Shown here: piece after piece, positions 29,022-37,618 of the stretch
Layout of the letters: each line of letters opens with the position of its first letter
How positions within the stretch are numbered: the first letter of the stretch is position 1
NCBI GenBank assembly: GCA_051892935.1
Contig: JBJFGS010000025.1
Coordinates: forward strand, 64,001 to 128,000
DNA length: 64,000 nt
Reading direction: 5' to 3'
Origin: Candidatus Coprovivens sp.
Lineage (GTDB): Bacteria; Bacillota_I; Bacilli_A; RF39; UBA660
Position numbers and translations under genes: made by a program
Notes under the pieces: generated by a model
Databases searched by the model: none
Told to the model about the DNA's origin: nothing
The model's input: the letters and a program-made list of their open reading frames with translations, nothing else

Positions 29022-29603
29022 ATGAAAAAGAAAATAATAATATTATCTAGCTTACTATTATTAATTAGTGGATGTAAAGAAAAAGAAATAGAATGTGAAG
29101 AGCAAAAAGAAGAAACACTAATAAAATATAATAATACAAAAATAACCGAAAAAGATGCTCTAGAAGAAACAAAAGAATATATCTTTCCAGTTATATTTGA
29201 AAAAGTAATAGGAGATATTTTAACAGAAGAAATGAAGGATAAACTCGAAGATGGAAATAACTACGCAGAAGAAACAATAGAAGAACTAAAAACTTACTAT
29301 GAAGATGAACTTGAAAAAGCAATAATATCCTATACATCATATAAAACAATAGAAGAATATAAAAGATCAATTTTAATAAGTTATTTACAAGAAGAATATT
29401 TTAAAGAATATATTAGCAATAAAGAAAAAATAGATTACAACGAAATTACCGATGATAATTTAACTAATTATTATAAAAAATATTATGTTGAGAGTATAAA
29501 CGACTTATTAAAAAAATATAATGTAACATTCGAAAATAAAGATTATAAAAAGATGTATGAAAAATATATAGAAGAAAAAGAAACTTACTATAATAATAAC
29601 TAA
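29022..29603 (+). CDS. Lipoprotein, PrsA-like chaperone scaffold without a parvulin domain
   Basis: Lipobox LISGC; ITEKD..., TIEEYK..I..YLQ and LLKKYNVTFENKDYK resemble the PrsA N- and C-terminal regions. Confidence 0.6.
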   Translation: MKKKIIILSSLLLLISGCKEKEIECEEQKEETLIKYNNTKITEKDALEETKEYIFPVIFEKVIGDILTEEMKDKLEDGNNYAEETIEELKTYYEDELEKAIISYTSYKTIEEYKRSILISYLQEEYFKEYISNKEKIDYNEITDDNLTNYYKKYYVESINDLLKKYNVTFENKDYKKMYEKYIEEKETYYNNN

Positions 29604-29819
29604 AGCACATTTTGTGCTTTTTTAATAATTTAAAGTGTCCTATTAGCATAATAAGAATAGAGAAGGGGAAGATAAAGAAATTAAAGAAAACATTCTTAAA
29701 AATAGCTAAAAACGCCCAAAAATATATAACATAAATAAAATTAATAAGTATGAAAAAATAATAATTAAAAAATAAAAAGATCAAACTCATAAACATAACA
29801 TTTGTTCGCTAGCAAAAAT

Positions 29820-29865
29820 TAAAAAACTCCCCCTATTCAAAAATGCAAAAATTAATAGGGGACTC
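29820..29865 (-). terminator. Candidate minus-strand intrinsic terminator
   Basis: On minus: CCCCTATT-loop-AATAGGGG(GAG) followed by TTTTTT. Confidence 0.5.
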
Positions 29866-29915
29866 GAATTAAAAAAATACAAATAAAACATTCAAAAAAA
29901 AGATACAATTATTCA

Positions 29916-30222
29916 ATGAGATAATGAAACTAATCATATAATTAAATCTCGAATCCTAATTTGAAATAACCACAGTCCATAGATTGATAATTTATCAATT
30001 ATTTAAATGTCGATTCCAATTTCATAATACAGATTACGAAATATTAATTCCACGAGATGATAAATTGTTCATCTTTTAAAATCTCGATGCCGATTTAAAA
30101 CAATAAATAAGAAACGAGACGATGAAGTATTCATCAAAAGAAATCTCGATTCCTAATTTAAAAGTTTAAATAGAAATCAAGCTAAAGAACTAATAAGCTA
30201 ACAGAAATTCGTTTCCAATAAA
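29916..30222 (-). repeat. Array of five degenerate structured repeats (candidate ncRNA)
   Basis: Core TCG at 29949, 30010, 30084, 30146 and 30209. Minus-strand consensus AAATT(A)GGAAT-CGAGAT-~7nt-hairpin-ATCTCG. Confidence 0.65.
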
Positions 30223-30419
30223 TGCCAAACCAAAAACGAACAAATGTATAACATATAAGAAAATAATAATTTTAAATTTTTTCTTAAATTAAAGATTAAT
30301 TAAATAATAATTATATAATATATATTAATAAAATAAAACTAAAGAAAAATAACATAATAAAGAAATAAATTAACAAAATAATTTTCTATATATAAATGAA
30401 TTTTTAAATTAAATATTTA

Positions 30420-30447
30420 ACTTCGTATAATATATATTATGTTAACC
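30420..30447 (+). other. dif site (Xer chromosome-dimer resolution site)
   Basis: ACTTCGTATAA-TATATA-TTATGTTAACC matches 24/28 of B. subtilis dif as recalled (ACTTCCTAGAA-TATATA-TTATGTAAACT). It is intergenic, lies at the gene-orientation switch and is ~1.7 kb from a Xer gene. Confidence 0.9.
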
Positions 30448-30530
30448 AATTAAATATTTTATAAAAAATAAATACTATTATTCATAATAATTATATTTAT
30501 AAAGTTTAAAAAAGCTCATATTAAAAACTT

Positions 30531-31259
30531 CTATAAAGATATGATAATTATTATAATTCCAAATATAATCCCCATAATAAGCCATTTATAACATTTATAA
30601 GAGATTCCTTCTTTTAAAATTTTTAAAACACTAAGACTAATCATAATACCACCAGTAATTATTAGAATAATACTCATAATAAAATCATTAATAAAATTAT
30701 TTAAAAAAATAATACTAAATAAAGCACCAAAAACTTCCCCCATAGAACTAATAATAGTCATAAAAAAAGCTTTCCCCCTACTTCCAGTACTATAATAAAT
30801 AGGTAAACTAATACATATTCCTTCCGGAATATTATGAATCATAATAATAAAACTCATCTTCAAACCTAAAGAAAGATTATTACTACTAGTTAAAGCACAA
30901 ATAACTCCTTCAGGAACATTATGAACAAATAAACTAAGCATACTAAGAATACCTATCTTATATAAGCTACTCTCCCCTACAATATTTCTATCAATAACAA
31001 AAACAATTATATAACCAATCAATAATAAAATTAAACCATACACAAAAATACCAAATATACTAAAATCATTATTAACCAATAATAAACCATCAGGAATTAA
31101 TTCTATAATAGAGATTAAAAACATAACTATAAAAGATAACCCCATTGAAAAAGAGATTAACTTATTTTTATATTTTACATCAATAAATAATAGTATATTT
31201 CCTAATATAGTAGCAAATCCAGCTATAAAAGTTATAATTAAAGGATAAATATTTTTCAT
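30531..31259 (-). CDS. ZIP family metal transporter (ZupT/GufA-like)
   Basis: Duplicated HNVPEG / HNIPEG motifs, multi-TM. Confidence 0.92.
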   Translation of the reverse strand: MKNIYPLIITFIAGFATILGNILLFIDVKYKNKLISFSMGLSFIVMFLISIIELIPDGLLLVNNDFSIFGIFVYGLILLLIGYIIVFVIDRNIVGESSLYKIGILSMLSLFVHNVPEGVICALTSSNNLSLGLKMSFIIMIHNIPEGICISLPIYYSTGSRGKAFFMTIISSMGEVFGALFSIIFLNNFINDFIMSIILIITGGIMISLSVLKILKEGISYKCYKWLIMGIIFGIIIIIISL

Positions 31260-31342
31260 AGTAAATTATATTCAATAAATTACCAACTATTACCATAATA
31301 TATTATTAAATATAGCTAATAATAGTATTAGGAGGTTAGATT

Positions 31343-31468
31343 ATGAGCAGAAAAGAAAATAATCAAAAATCTTCTAGTAGATGTAATAATAATGCTAGAA
31401 GCAAAGAAAGATCTAATGCTAGATCAAATGAACAAAAACAATCTGGATCAAAAAGCCAAAATAAGTAA
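31343..31468 (+). CDS. 41-aa hydrophilic S/N/K/R/Q-rich peptide (not in ORF track)
   Basis: Strong RBS AGGAGG; MSRKENNQKSSSRCNNNARSKERSNARSNEQKQSGSKSQNK; followed by hairpin AAGAACTA-TTTT-TAGTTCTT. Confidence 0.7.
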   Translation: MSRKENNQKSSSRCNNNARSKERSNARSNEQKQSGSKSQNK

Positions 31469-31499
31469 TCAAAATAAAAAGAACTATTTTTTAGTTCTT

Positions 31500-32123
31500 T
31501 TATTTTTTTACCAAACAAGTAACTGCTTCTCTATCTTTTGTCTCACTATTAACATAATAGCAAGTACATAAATTTTCCCTGCAGCTACCACAATCAACAG
31601 CAGTAGCACATTTCGTTAATCTAATTTTCTCGCTATTTTGAGGGCTAACTGAACCAGGGTTATTAACAACTTTTTCTAAACCTGCAACTTTAGTTGCTCC
31701 TTGCTTATTTAAATTAGTATATGAACTAGGAATAATTATAGTAAAGCCATCATCGCACTTAGTTTCATACAAATTAGTAAGTTTTTCGTTAAGTACTTTA
31801 AATTCAGCCAATTGAGCGATACATGAATTTAAATTTATATTATCACAATAATATTTATTATCTAAGTAAGTAAACCAACTACCAACTATATCCAAACTAT
31901 AATTCTGTATTTCTTTTCTTTTAGCATCTTCTTTTTTATATTCCTCAAGTAATTCTATTACAGGTTCTAGTTCACTTACACTTCCACTAACATAATACTT
32001 AGTCAAACTATTCGTAACAATCTCCGTATAATCTGAAGTTTTAAAATCAATAATTTTTTTACCTCCAAAAATAATTCCTACAATCAATAATATTATTAGT
32101 ATAATAGGTAAAGCCTTTTTCAT
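31500..32123 (-). CDS. Membrane-anchored hypothetical protein with Cys-rich C-terminus
   Basis: N-terminal TM helix; KCATAVDCGSCRENLCTC; ATGA overlap with the recombinase gene. Confidence 0.7.
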   Translation of the reverse strand: MKKALPIILIILLIVGIIFGGKKIIDFKTSDYTEIVTNSLTKYYVSGSVSELEPVIELLEEYKKEDAKRKEIQNYSLDIVGSWFTYLDNKYYCDNINLNSCIAQLAEFKVLNEKLTNLYETKCDDGFTIIIPSSYTNLNKQGATKVAGLEKVVNNPGSVSPQNSEKIRLTKCATAVDCGSCRENLCTCYYVNSETKDREAVTCLVKK

Positions 32124-33022
32124 AAATCCTCCTTATAAATTTTATTTCTTGGATGACATTGATAATCACTCTTTATTTTCTCATTTACTAAATGAGCATA
32201 TATTTGTGTAGTAGATATATCTTCGTGTCCAAGTAATTCTTGTATAATTCTCAAATCTGCCCCATTTTTTAATAAATGAGTAGCAAAAGAATGTCTAAGT
32301 ACATGAGGAGATACATTTTTCTCTATTCCAGCTCTTTTACATTCTTTCTTTAATATTTTAAAAAATCCTTGCCTACTTATATTAGTCAAACTATTAGAAA
32401 TAAACAAATAATCGGATACTTTATCTTTTAAAATAATATTTCTATATTCCGTAACATAAATAGTCAAATATTTTAAAGCTAAATCAGTAACAGGAACTAT
32501 TCTTTCCTTTTTGCCTTTCCCCATAACTCTTATAAAACAATTTTGAACATCAACATCAATTAATTTTAAATTACACAATTCAGTTATTCTAAGCCCTGTT
32601 GCATAAAGTAATTCTAACATTGCTTTATTTCGATAGTCATAAGGGGTTAATAAGTTTATATTAAGTAACTTATTTACTTCATCTTCAGTTAAATAAGTTG
32701 GTAATTTCCTAGCATTCTTAGGACTAGAAATATTACTACAAGGATTTTCCTTTATAATATTATCATTAACTAAAAAAGTATAAAAAGAATTAATAACTGT
32801 TGTATAATGAGAAATAGTTCTAGAATTCTTATCTTGTATTGTAGCAATATATTTTTTTAAATCATCATAAGTATTATTAACGACATTTCCTTTAAAGAAA
32901 ATATCAAAGTCTTTAAGATCATTTAAATAACTCTTTAAAGTATTATTAGATAACTTTCTTTCGAATTCTAAATACTTTAAATACTTATTAATATATTCAC
33001 TAGGAACATATTCATCTTTCAT
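32120..33022 (-). CDS. xerD: Tyrosine recombinase XerD-like
   Basis: LSNNTLKSY, LYATGLRITEL, GKGKKER, HVLRHSFATHLL and LLGHEDISTTQIY. XerD versus XerC is judged from RQG and QELLGH. Confidence 0.88.
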   Translation of the reverse strand: MKDEYVPSEYINKYLKYLEFERKLSNNTLKSYLNDLKDFDIFFKGNVVNNTYDDLKKYIATIQDKNSRTISHYTTVINSFYTFLVNDNIIKENPCSNISSPKNARKLPTYLTEDEVNKLLNINLLTPYDYRNKAMLELLYATGLRITELCNLKLIDVDVQNCFIRVMGKGKKERIVPVTDLALKYLTIYVTEYRNIILKDKVSDYLFISNSLTNISRQGFFKILKKECKRAGIEKNVSPHVLRHSFATHLLKNGADLRIIQELLGHEDISTTQIYAHLVNEKIKSDYQCHPRNKIYKEDL

Positions 33023-33101
33023 ATTACCACCCTACTATTAAAATTATATAAAATTTCTCATAAAAAGTAAATTACTAAAAAAGATAATCTTTCGATTACC
33101 T

Positions 33102-34115
33102 TTAACAACCCCCAGCACCTACCCACATATCTTCAGAATAAGTATTTATTATCTCTTCTTTTAATTTACCATTATTAATAGAAAGTTTAAATTCAGTAAA
33201 AATATCACAACTTCCAACAACATAATAAATATAATTATCTCCAATATCAAGATAAGAATCAGTATAAATCATATATGAAGTTTTAGTTTCACCAGTAACA
33301 TCATCATCAATTGTAGTTTCAACCGCTTTAGTATAATTCATTTTTAAAGTATATTCTTTATCTACATATATACCTTGTAAACTAAAGTAAGAAAGTTGAT
33401 TTATAATCTCCTTTAAAACAACTCCATCACTATTCAAAATATATGCAATATTTTCATAAGTGTTTCTATGATTAAAAATATTATTATCCGATATAATATC
33501 ATTGTTATTTCCTAAAAATAACACTAAGTACTCATCTTTTTCATCTTCCGACTTAAATGTTTTAGAAACATATAAATTATCGTTAAAATAATTATCTATA
33601 ACACTAGAATCAGTAAAAACAGAAACAATAGATATATCAATAGATTTATTTCCAGCTAAAAATACTTCTCGTCTTAAAACATAATAATCTTTTGAATCAT
33701 TATCATCAAAATCAGCTTCTACATATGATTCTTTATCCAAATAATAATAAAATATTAATGGAACTTTATGTCCATTTAAAACAGCCTCTTTATTAACTTC
33801 TTTATAGAATGTATATTTATCATTTTTTACTGGAGGCAATAATTCTTTGTTTTCATCCAAATTATCTTTTAAATCAAGATTTTCTTTACTTTGATTATCT
33901 TTTTCTAAAGTGTTATCATTTTTTGCATGCATTAAATACAAATTCCATCCACCAAAACCAATAATACCTATCAATATCAGGAATAACAATACAATCAAAA
34001 AAACATTACTTTTCCTTTTTTTAGGCATGACATCTTTAGGGATAGTTACACCATTGTTTCCATTTTCTTCTAAAACTTCATTAGATCTACTAGGTCTAAT
34101 AACATTATTATTCAC
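33102..34115 (-). CDS. Membrane-anchored hypothetical protein ending in GAGGC
   Basis: KKRKS then one TM helix; GTG start after GAGGTG. Confidence 0.65.
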   Translation of the reverse strand: MNNNVIRPSRSNEVLEENGNNGVTIPKDVMPKKRKSNVFLIVLLFLILIGIIGFGGWNLYLMHAKNDNTLEKDNQSKENLDLKDNLDENKELLPPVKNDKYTFYKEVNKEAVLNGHKVPLIFYYYLDKESYVEADFDDNDSKDYYVLRREVFLAGNKSIDISIVSVFTDSSVIDNYFNDNLYVSKTFKSEDEKDEYLVLFLGNNNDIISDNNIFNHRNTYENIAYILNSDGVVLKEIINQLSYFSLQGIYVDKEYTLKMNYTKAVETTIDDDVTGETKTSYMIYTDSYLDIGDNYIYYVVGSCDIFTEFKLSINNGKLKEEIINTYSEDMWVGAGGC

Positions 34116-34220
34116 TTCCAACACCTCACTACTATTAAATAATAACACAAAATACCTAAAAAAAATAAAAAAATATCAAATTTTCTTATATTTTGTTATA
34201 ATTAATTATAGGTGATCAAT

Positions 34221-35420
34221 ATGGAAGTACTTGCAGACAAACTAAGACCACAATGTATCAACGACATAATTGGTCAAAAACATCTTGTTGGTGAAAATAA
34301 AATAATCAGAAATTTAGTAGAAAATAATCACATTGTAAGTATGATATTATATGGAAAACCAGGTATAGGAAAAACTTCAATAGCTTGTGCCATTGCTCAA
34401 GAAATAAAAAAACCATACCGTATGTTAAATGCAACCATAAATAACAAGCAAGACTTTGATATAGTAATTGAAGAAGCTAAAATGAACGGTGAAATGATTG
34501 TTATAATGGATGAAATACATCGTCTAAATAAAGACAAACAAGACTTATTACTTCCATATATTGAAAATGGTTTAATAATTCTTATAGGAATGACAACATC
34601 GAATCCATATCATAAAATAAATCCAGCAATTAGAAGTCGTTGTCAAATATTCGAATTAAAAGAACTTACAATAGAAGATATAAAAGAAGGACTAGACAGA
34701 GCATCAAAGCATTTAAAAGGTCTTATAATAGACGAAGATGCCAAAAATACAATTGCTCGTTTATCATCAGGTGATTTAAGGAACGCCATAAATTTACTGG
34801 AAGTATCATATTATGCTACTAAAGATAAACATATAACATTAGAAGTCGTTGAAAAAATAAATGCCAAAGCTGTCTTTTTTTCAGATGCTAATGAAGATGC
34901 CCACTACGATGTATTATCAGGACTTCAAAAATCAATAAGAGGATCAGATGTTGATGCATCACTACACTACTTAGCTAGATTAATTACCGAAGGAGATTTA
35001 GATAGTATATATAGAAGATTAAGCGTTATCGCTTATGAAGATATAGGGCTTGCAAATCCAGGAATAGGACCTAAAGTAATTGCAGCTATCGAAGCGGCAG
35101 AACTTGTTGGACTACCAGAAGCTAGAATACCATTAGGAACTATTGTTACAGAAATGGCCTTAAGCCCTAAAAGTAATAGCGCCCACATTGCCCTAGATGC
35201 TGCACTATCAGATATAGAATCAGGAACAACGGGAAACTTACCAGAACACATAAAAACAAATTCGCCACTATATAAGTACCCTCACGACTATCCAAATGCT
35301 TGGGTAAATCAACAATATCTTCCAGATAACATAAAAAATAAAAAATACTATAAACCTAAAAACAATAAATACGAATTAAATTTAAATAAAATACATTCAG
35401 AAATGAAAGGTGGAAAATAA
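34221..35420 (+). CDS. rarA: Replication-associated recombination protein A (RarA/MgsA/YrvN)
   Basis: LADKLRP, GKPGIGKT, DEIHR, KSIRGSD, EDIGLA and YKYPH. Confidence 0.96.
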   Translation: MEVLADKLRPQCINDIIGQKHLVGENKIIRNLVENNHIVSMILYGKPGIGKTSIACAIAQEIKKPYRMLNATINNKQDFDIVIEEAKMNGEMIVIMDEIHRLNKDKQDLLLPYIENGLIILIGMTTSNPYHKINPAIRSRCQIFELKELTIEDIKEGLDRASKHLKGLIIDEDAKNTIARLSSGDLRNAINLLEVSYYATKDKHITLEVVEKINAKAVFFSDANEDAHYDVLSGLQKSIRGSDVDASLHYLARLITEGDLDSIYRRLSVIAYEDIGLANPGIGPKVIAAIEAAELVGLPEARIPLGTIVTEMALSPKSNSAHIALDAALSDIESGTTGNLPEHIKTNSPLYKYPHDYPNAWVNQQYLPDNIKNKKYYKPKNNKYELNLNKIHSEMKGGK

Positions 35421-35421
35421 A

Positions 35422-36402
35422 ATGAAAATAGCCCTAATAGGAACTGGAGTTTATGGACTTGCAATTGCCATGGCCATAAGTAAAAACCATAAAGATATAA
35501 CAATGTGGACAGAATCAGATGAAAGATACGAAAAATACATAAAAGATGGTAAAGTACTAAAAGACATAATACCTAACATAGAAGCACCCAAAAACATAAA
35601 ACTTACCATATCATACGAAAAAGCCGTAAAAGATGCTGATATAGTATTTATAACATCAACTGCAGCATTCGTAGGAAGCATATGCAAAAATATCAATCCA
35701 TTTATTACTAAAAAAACTGTTGTATGTATCGCTTCAAAAGGAATAGAAAACACATCGTGTGCCTTCTTAAGTGATATCGCCTACGAAAACTTAAAAACAA
35801 AACATATAGCGATAATTTCAGGCCCCTCATTTGCAATTGATATGGCCTCAAACAACCCAGTTGGATTATCACTAGCATCTCATAGTAGAAAAGCAACAAA
35901 ACTAATAAAAAATGCTTTAGAAAACGATACATTAAAACTAAGACCAACTAATGATCTTATAGGTGTCCAAATATGTGGCTCAGTAAAAAATATTATAGCA
36001 GTAGCAGCTGGAATGTTAGATGGAATGAATTATCCAGAATCTACTCAAAGTTTTTTAATAACTGAAGCTTTAAATGATATAAAAAATCTAATAGGAGCCT
36101 TAGGAGGAAATCCCAGAACCATTACATCATTTGCTGGTGTTGGAGACTTACTACTAACATGTACATCAACCAAAAGTAGAAACTTCTCCTTCGGAAGAAT
36201 AATTGGTCAAGGTGCAACCAAAGAAGAAAAAGAAGAACATCTAAAAAATAACACAGTCGAAGGATACTACACATTAAAAAGCATTTACAAACTAATTAAA
36301 AATAAAAAAATAAAAATGCCTATAATAGATTTAATTTACAAAATAGTAATGAATGATGAAGATCCACAATTACTTATTTCATTCTTAGTAAACAAAAAAT
36401 AA
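35422..36402 (+). CDS. gpsA: NAD(P)H-dependent glycerol-3-phosphate dehydrogenase
   Basis: GTGVYG, SKGIE, SGPSFA, KNIIA, GVGDLLLTC, SRN and VEG. Confidence 0.96.
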   Translation: MKIALIGTGVYGLAIAMAISKNHKDITMWTESDERYEKYIKDGKVLKDIIPNIEAPKNIKLTISYEKAVKDADIVFITSTAAFVGSICKNINPFITKKTVVCIASKGIENTSCAFLSDIAYENLKTKHIAIISGPSFAIDMASNNPVGLSLASHSRKATKLIKNALENDTLKLRPTNDLIGVQICGSVKNIIAVAAGMLDGMNYPESTQSFLITEALNDIKNLIGALGGNPRTITSFAGVGDLLLTCTSTKSRNFSFGRIIGQGATKEEKEEHLKNNTVEGYYTLKSIYKLIKNKKIKMPIIDLIYKIVMNDEDPQLLISFLVNKK

Positions 36403-36441
36403 AGTATAAATTCATACTTTATTTTTTTATAAAAAAGACTA

Positions 36442-36657
36442 CTATTCAGTAGTCTTATCCTCATCATGTTCATCTTCATATAAATCTAAATAATCATTTA
36501 TAGTTTCTTTAATCTTATTAGCTTCCTCTTCATCCTTAGCATTAGATAGTAAAAAATCTAAATAAGTCGTTTTTTCACAAAAAGTTAAATCAGGATTAGT
36601 AAGAGTACTATCTTTCATAACTTCAGAAACATTTTCTAATTCTTCATTTTCATTCAT
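36442..36657 (-). CDS. Small acidic hypothetical protein
   Basis: ORF overlapping the tcdA stop; highly acidic. Confidence 0.55.
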   Translation of the reverse strand: MNENEELENVSEVMKDSTLTNPDLTFCEKTTYLDFLLSNAKDEEEANKIKETINDYLDLYEDEHDEDKTTE

Positions 36658-37345
36658 GATAACCACTTCCATTATTAATTATATCATTAAAAACATAACT
36701 TGCGATACAAAAACCAGCAGCATTAGGCACAAAACTTACAGAACCAGGAGTTCTAGACTGAATCTTCCTAGGTAATTCTTGAGAACACAAAACAGGTAAT
36801 TTATACTTAATGCCATTATCTCTCATCATCTTACGAATAACTTTAGCAACAGGATCATTCTGCGTTTTCCATATATTAGTAATCTCTAATTTAGTAGGAT
36901 CAACTCTATTACCAGTACCCATACTACTAATAATTCTTATATTATATTGTAAAGCTTTCTTTATTAATAATAACTTTGTTGACATAGTATCACAACAATC
37001 AATAATATAATCAAACTTAGAATAATCTAAAACGTCAATATTAGCTTCATTTAAAAACATTTCATAAGAATCAACACTTATATCATGATTAATCAATTTA
37101 GCTCTTAAAGAAGCTTCATTTACTTTAGAACAACCTATATTATTAATATTACACAATAATTGTCTATTTAAATTAGATTTACTAAATACATCACCATCTA
37201 CTATAGTTAATCTCTTAATCCCCATTCTAACTAAAGCTTCAAAACAAGCCCCACCTACTCCACCAACACCAACAATTAAAATATTACTATTACAAAAAGC
37301 ATTCAGCTCATCATCACTAAAAAGTAATTTACAACGTTCCAACAT
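36650..37345 (-). CDS. tcdA: tRNA threonylcarbamoyladenosine dehydratase (ThiF family, YrvM-like)
   Basis: VGVGGVG, SNLNRQ, ISSMGTGNRVDP and PGSVSFVP; downstream of 6S RNA as in B. subtilis. Confidence 0.92.
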   Translation of the reverse strand: MLERCKLLFSDDELNAFCNSNILIVGVGGVGGACFEALVRMGIKRLTIVDGDVFSKSNLNRQLLCNINNIGCSKVNEASLRAKLINHDISVDSYEMFLNEANIDVLDYSKFDYIIDCCDTMSTKLLLIKKALQYNIRIISSMGTGNRVDPTKLEITNIWKTQNDPVAKVIRKMMRDNGIKYKLPVLCSQELPRKIQSRTPGSVSFVPNAAGFCIASYVFNDIINNGSGYHE

Positions 37346-37388
37346 AAAATCACCCAATAAAGTATATCATATTTTAAAACACAAAAAA

Positions 37389-37559
37389 ACTCAAGGGATA
37401 CCTACCTGTGATAAAAAACCTGCACTAAACAGGTGGGCATCACATGAACTGCTTTAGGATCCCTACACTTAAAAAGCAAGGTCTTCAACACCACAGTCAA
37501 TTAGATTCCCAATAAATCACTTACTCGGTTTTTATGAAAAGTAAGCACTTACCTTGAGT
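37389..37559 (-). ncRNA. ssrS: 6S RNA
   Basis: Terminal stem ACTCAAGG/CCTTGAGT then a U run. Firmicute 6S hallmarks GGGA...CCCACCTG...GCAGGTT. Extended -10 TGTTATACT just upstream; located upstream of the yrvM homologue like bsrA. Confidence 0.85.
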
Positions 37560-37618
37560 AATTAAAGTATAACATAAAAAAAGGAATAATACTAGTACTA
37601 TTCACTTCCTTTACACAT

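Noticed and set aside
29464-29796. 110-aa minus-strand F/I-rich ORF
   Set aside because: Mirror of A-rich sequence, overlaps the lipoprotein gene antisense, no RBS evident.
29940-30220. tRNA cluster (TCGAATCC / TCGATTCC resemble T-loops)
   Set aside because: No GGTTC T-stem, no cloverleaf, and no acceptor stem or CCA.
29916-30222. CRISPR array interpretation of the 61-74-bp periodic repeats
   Set aside because: Repeats are short and degenerate, the would-be spacers share a hairpin that pairs with the repeat, and no cas genes are in the window.
30418-30447. loxP site or engineered sequence
   Set aside because: Only one arm matches; the full 28 bp fits Firmicute dif much better.
32120-33022. 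Prophage or integron integrase
   Set aside because: About 300 aa with Xer-type motifs; no phage genes, att repeats or recognisable IntI insertion.
36650-37345. ThiF/E1-like protein as conjugation partner of the ubiquitin-like domain
   Set aside because: Motifs and synteny identify TcdA/YrvM; the ubiquitin domain lacks GG and is predicted to be extracellular.
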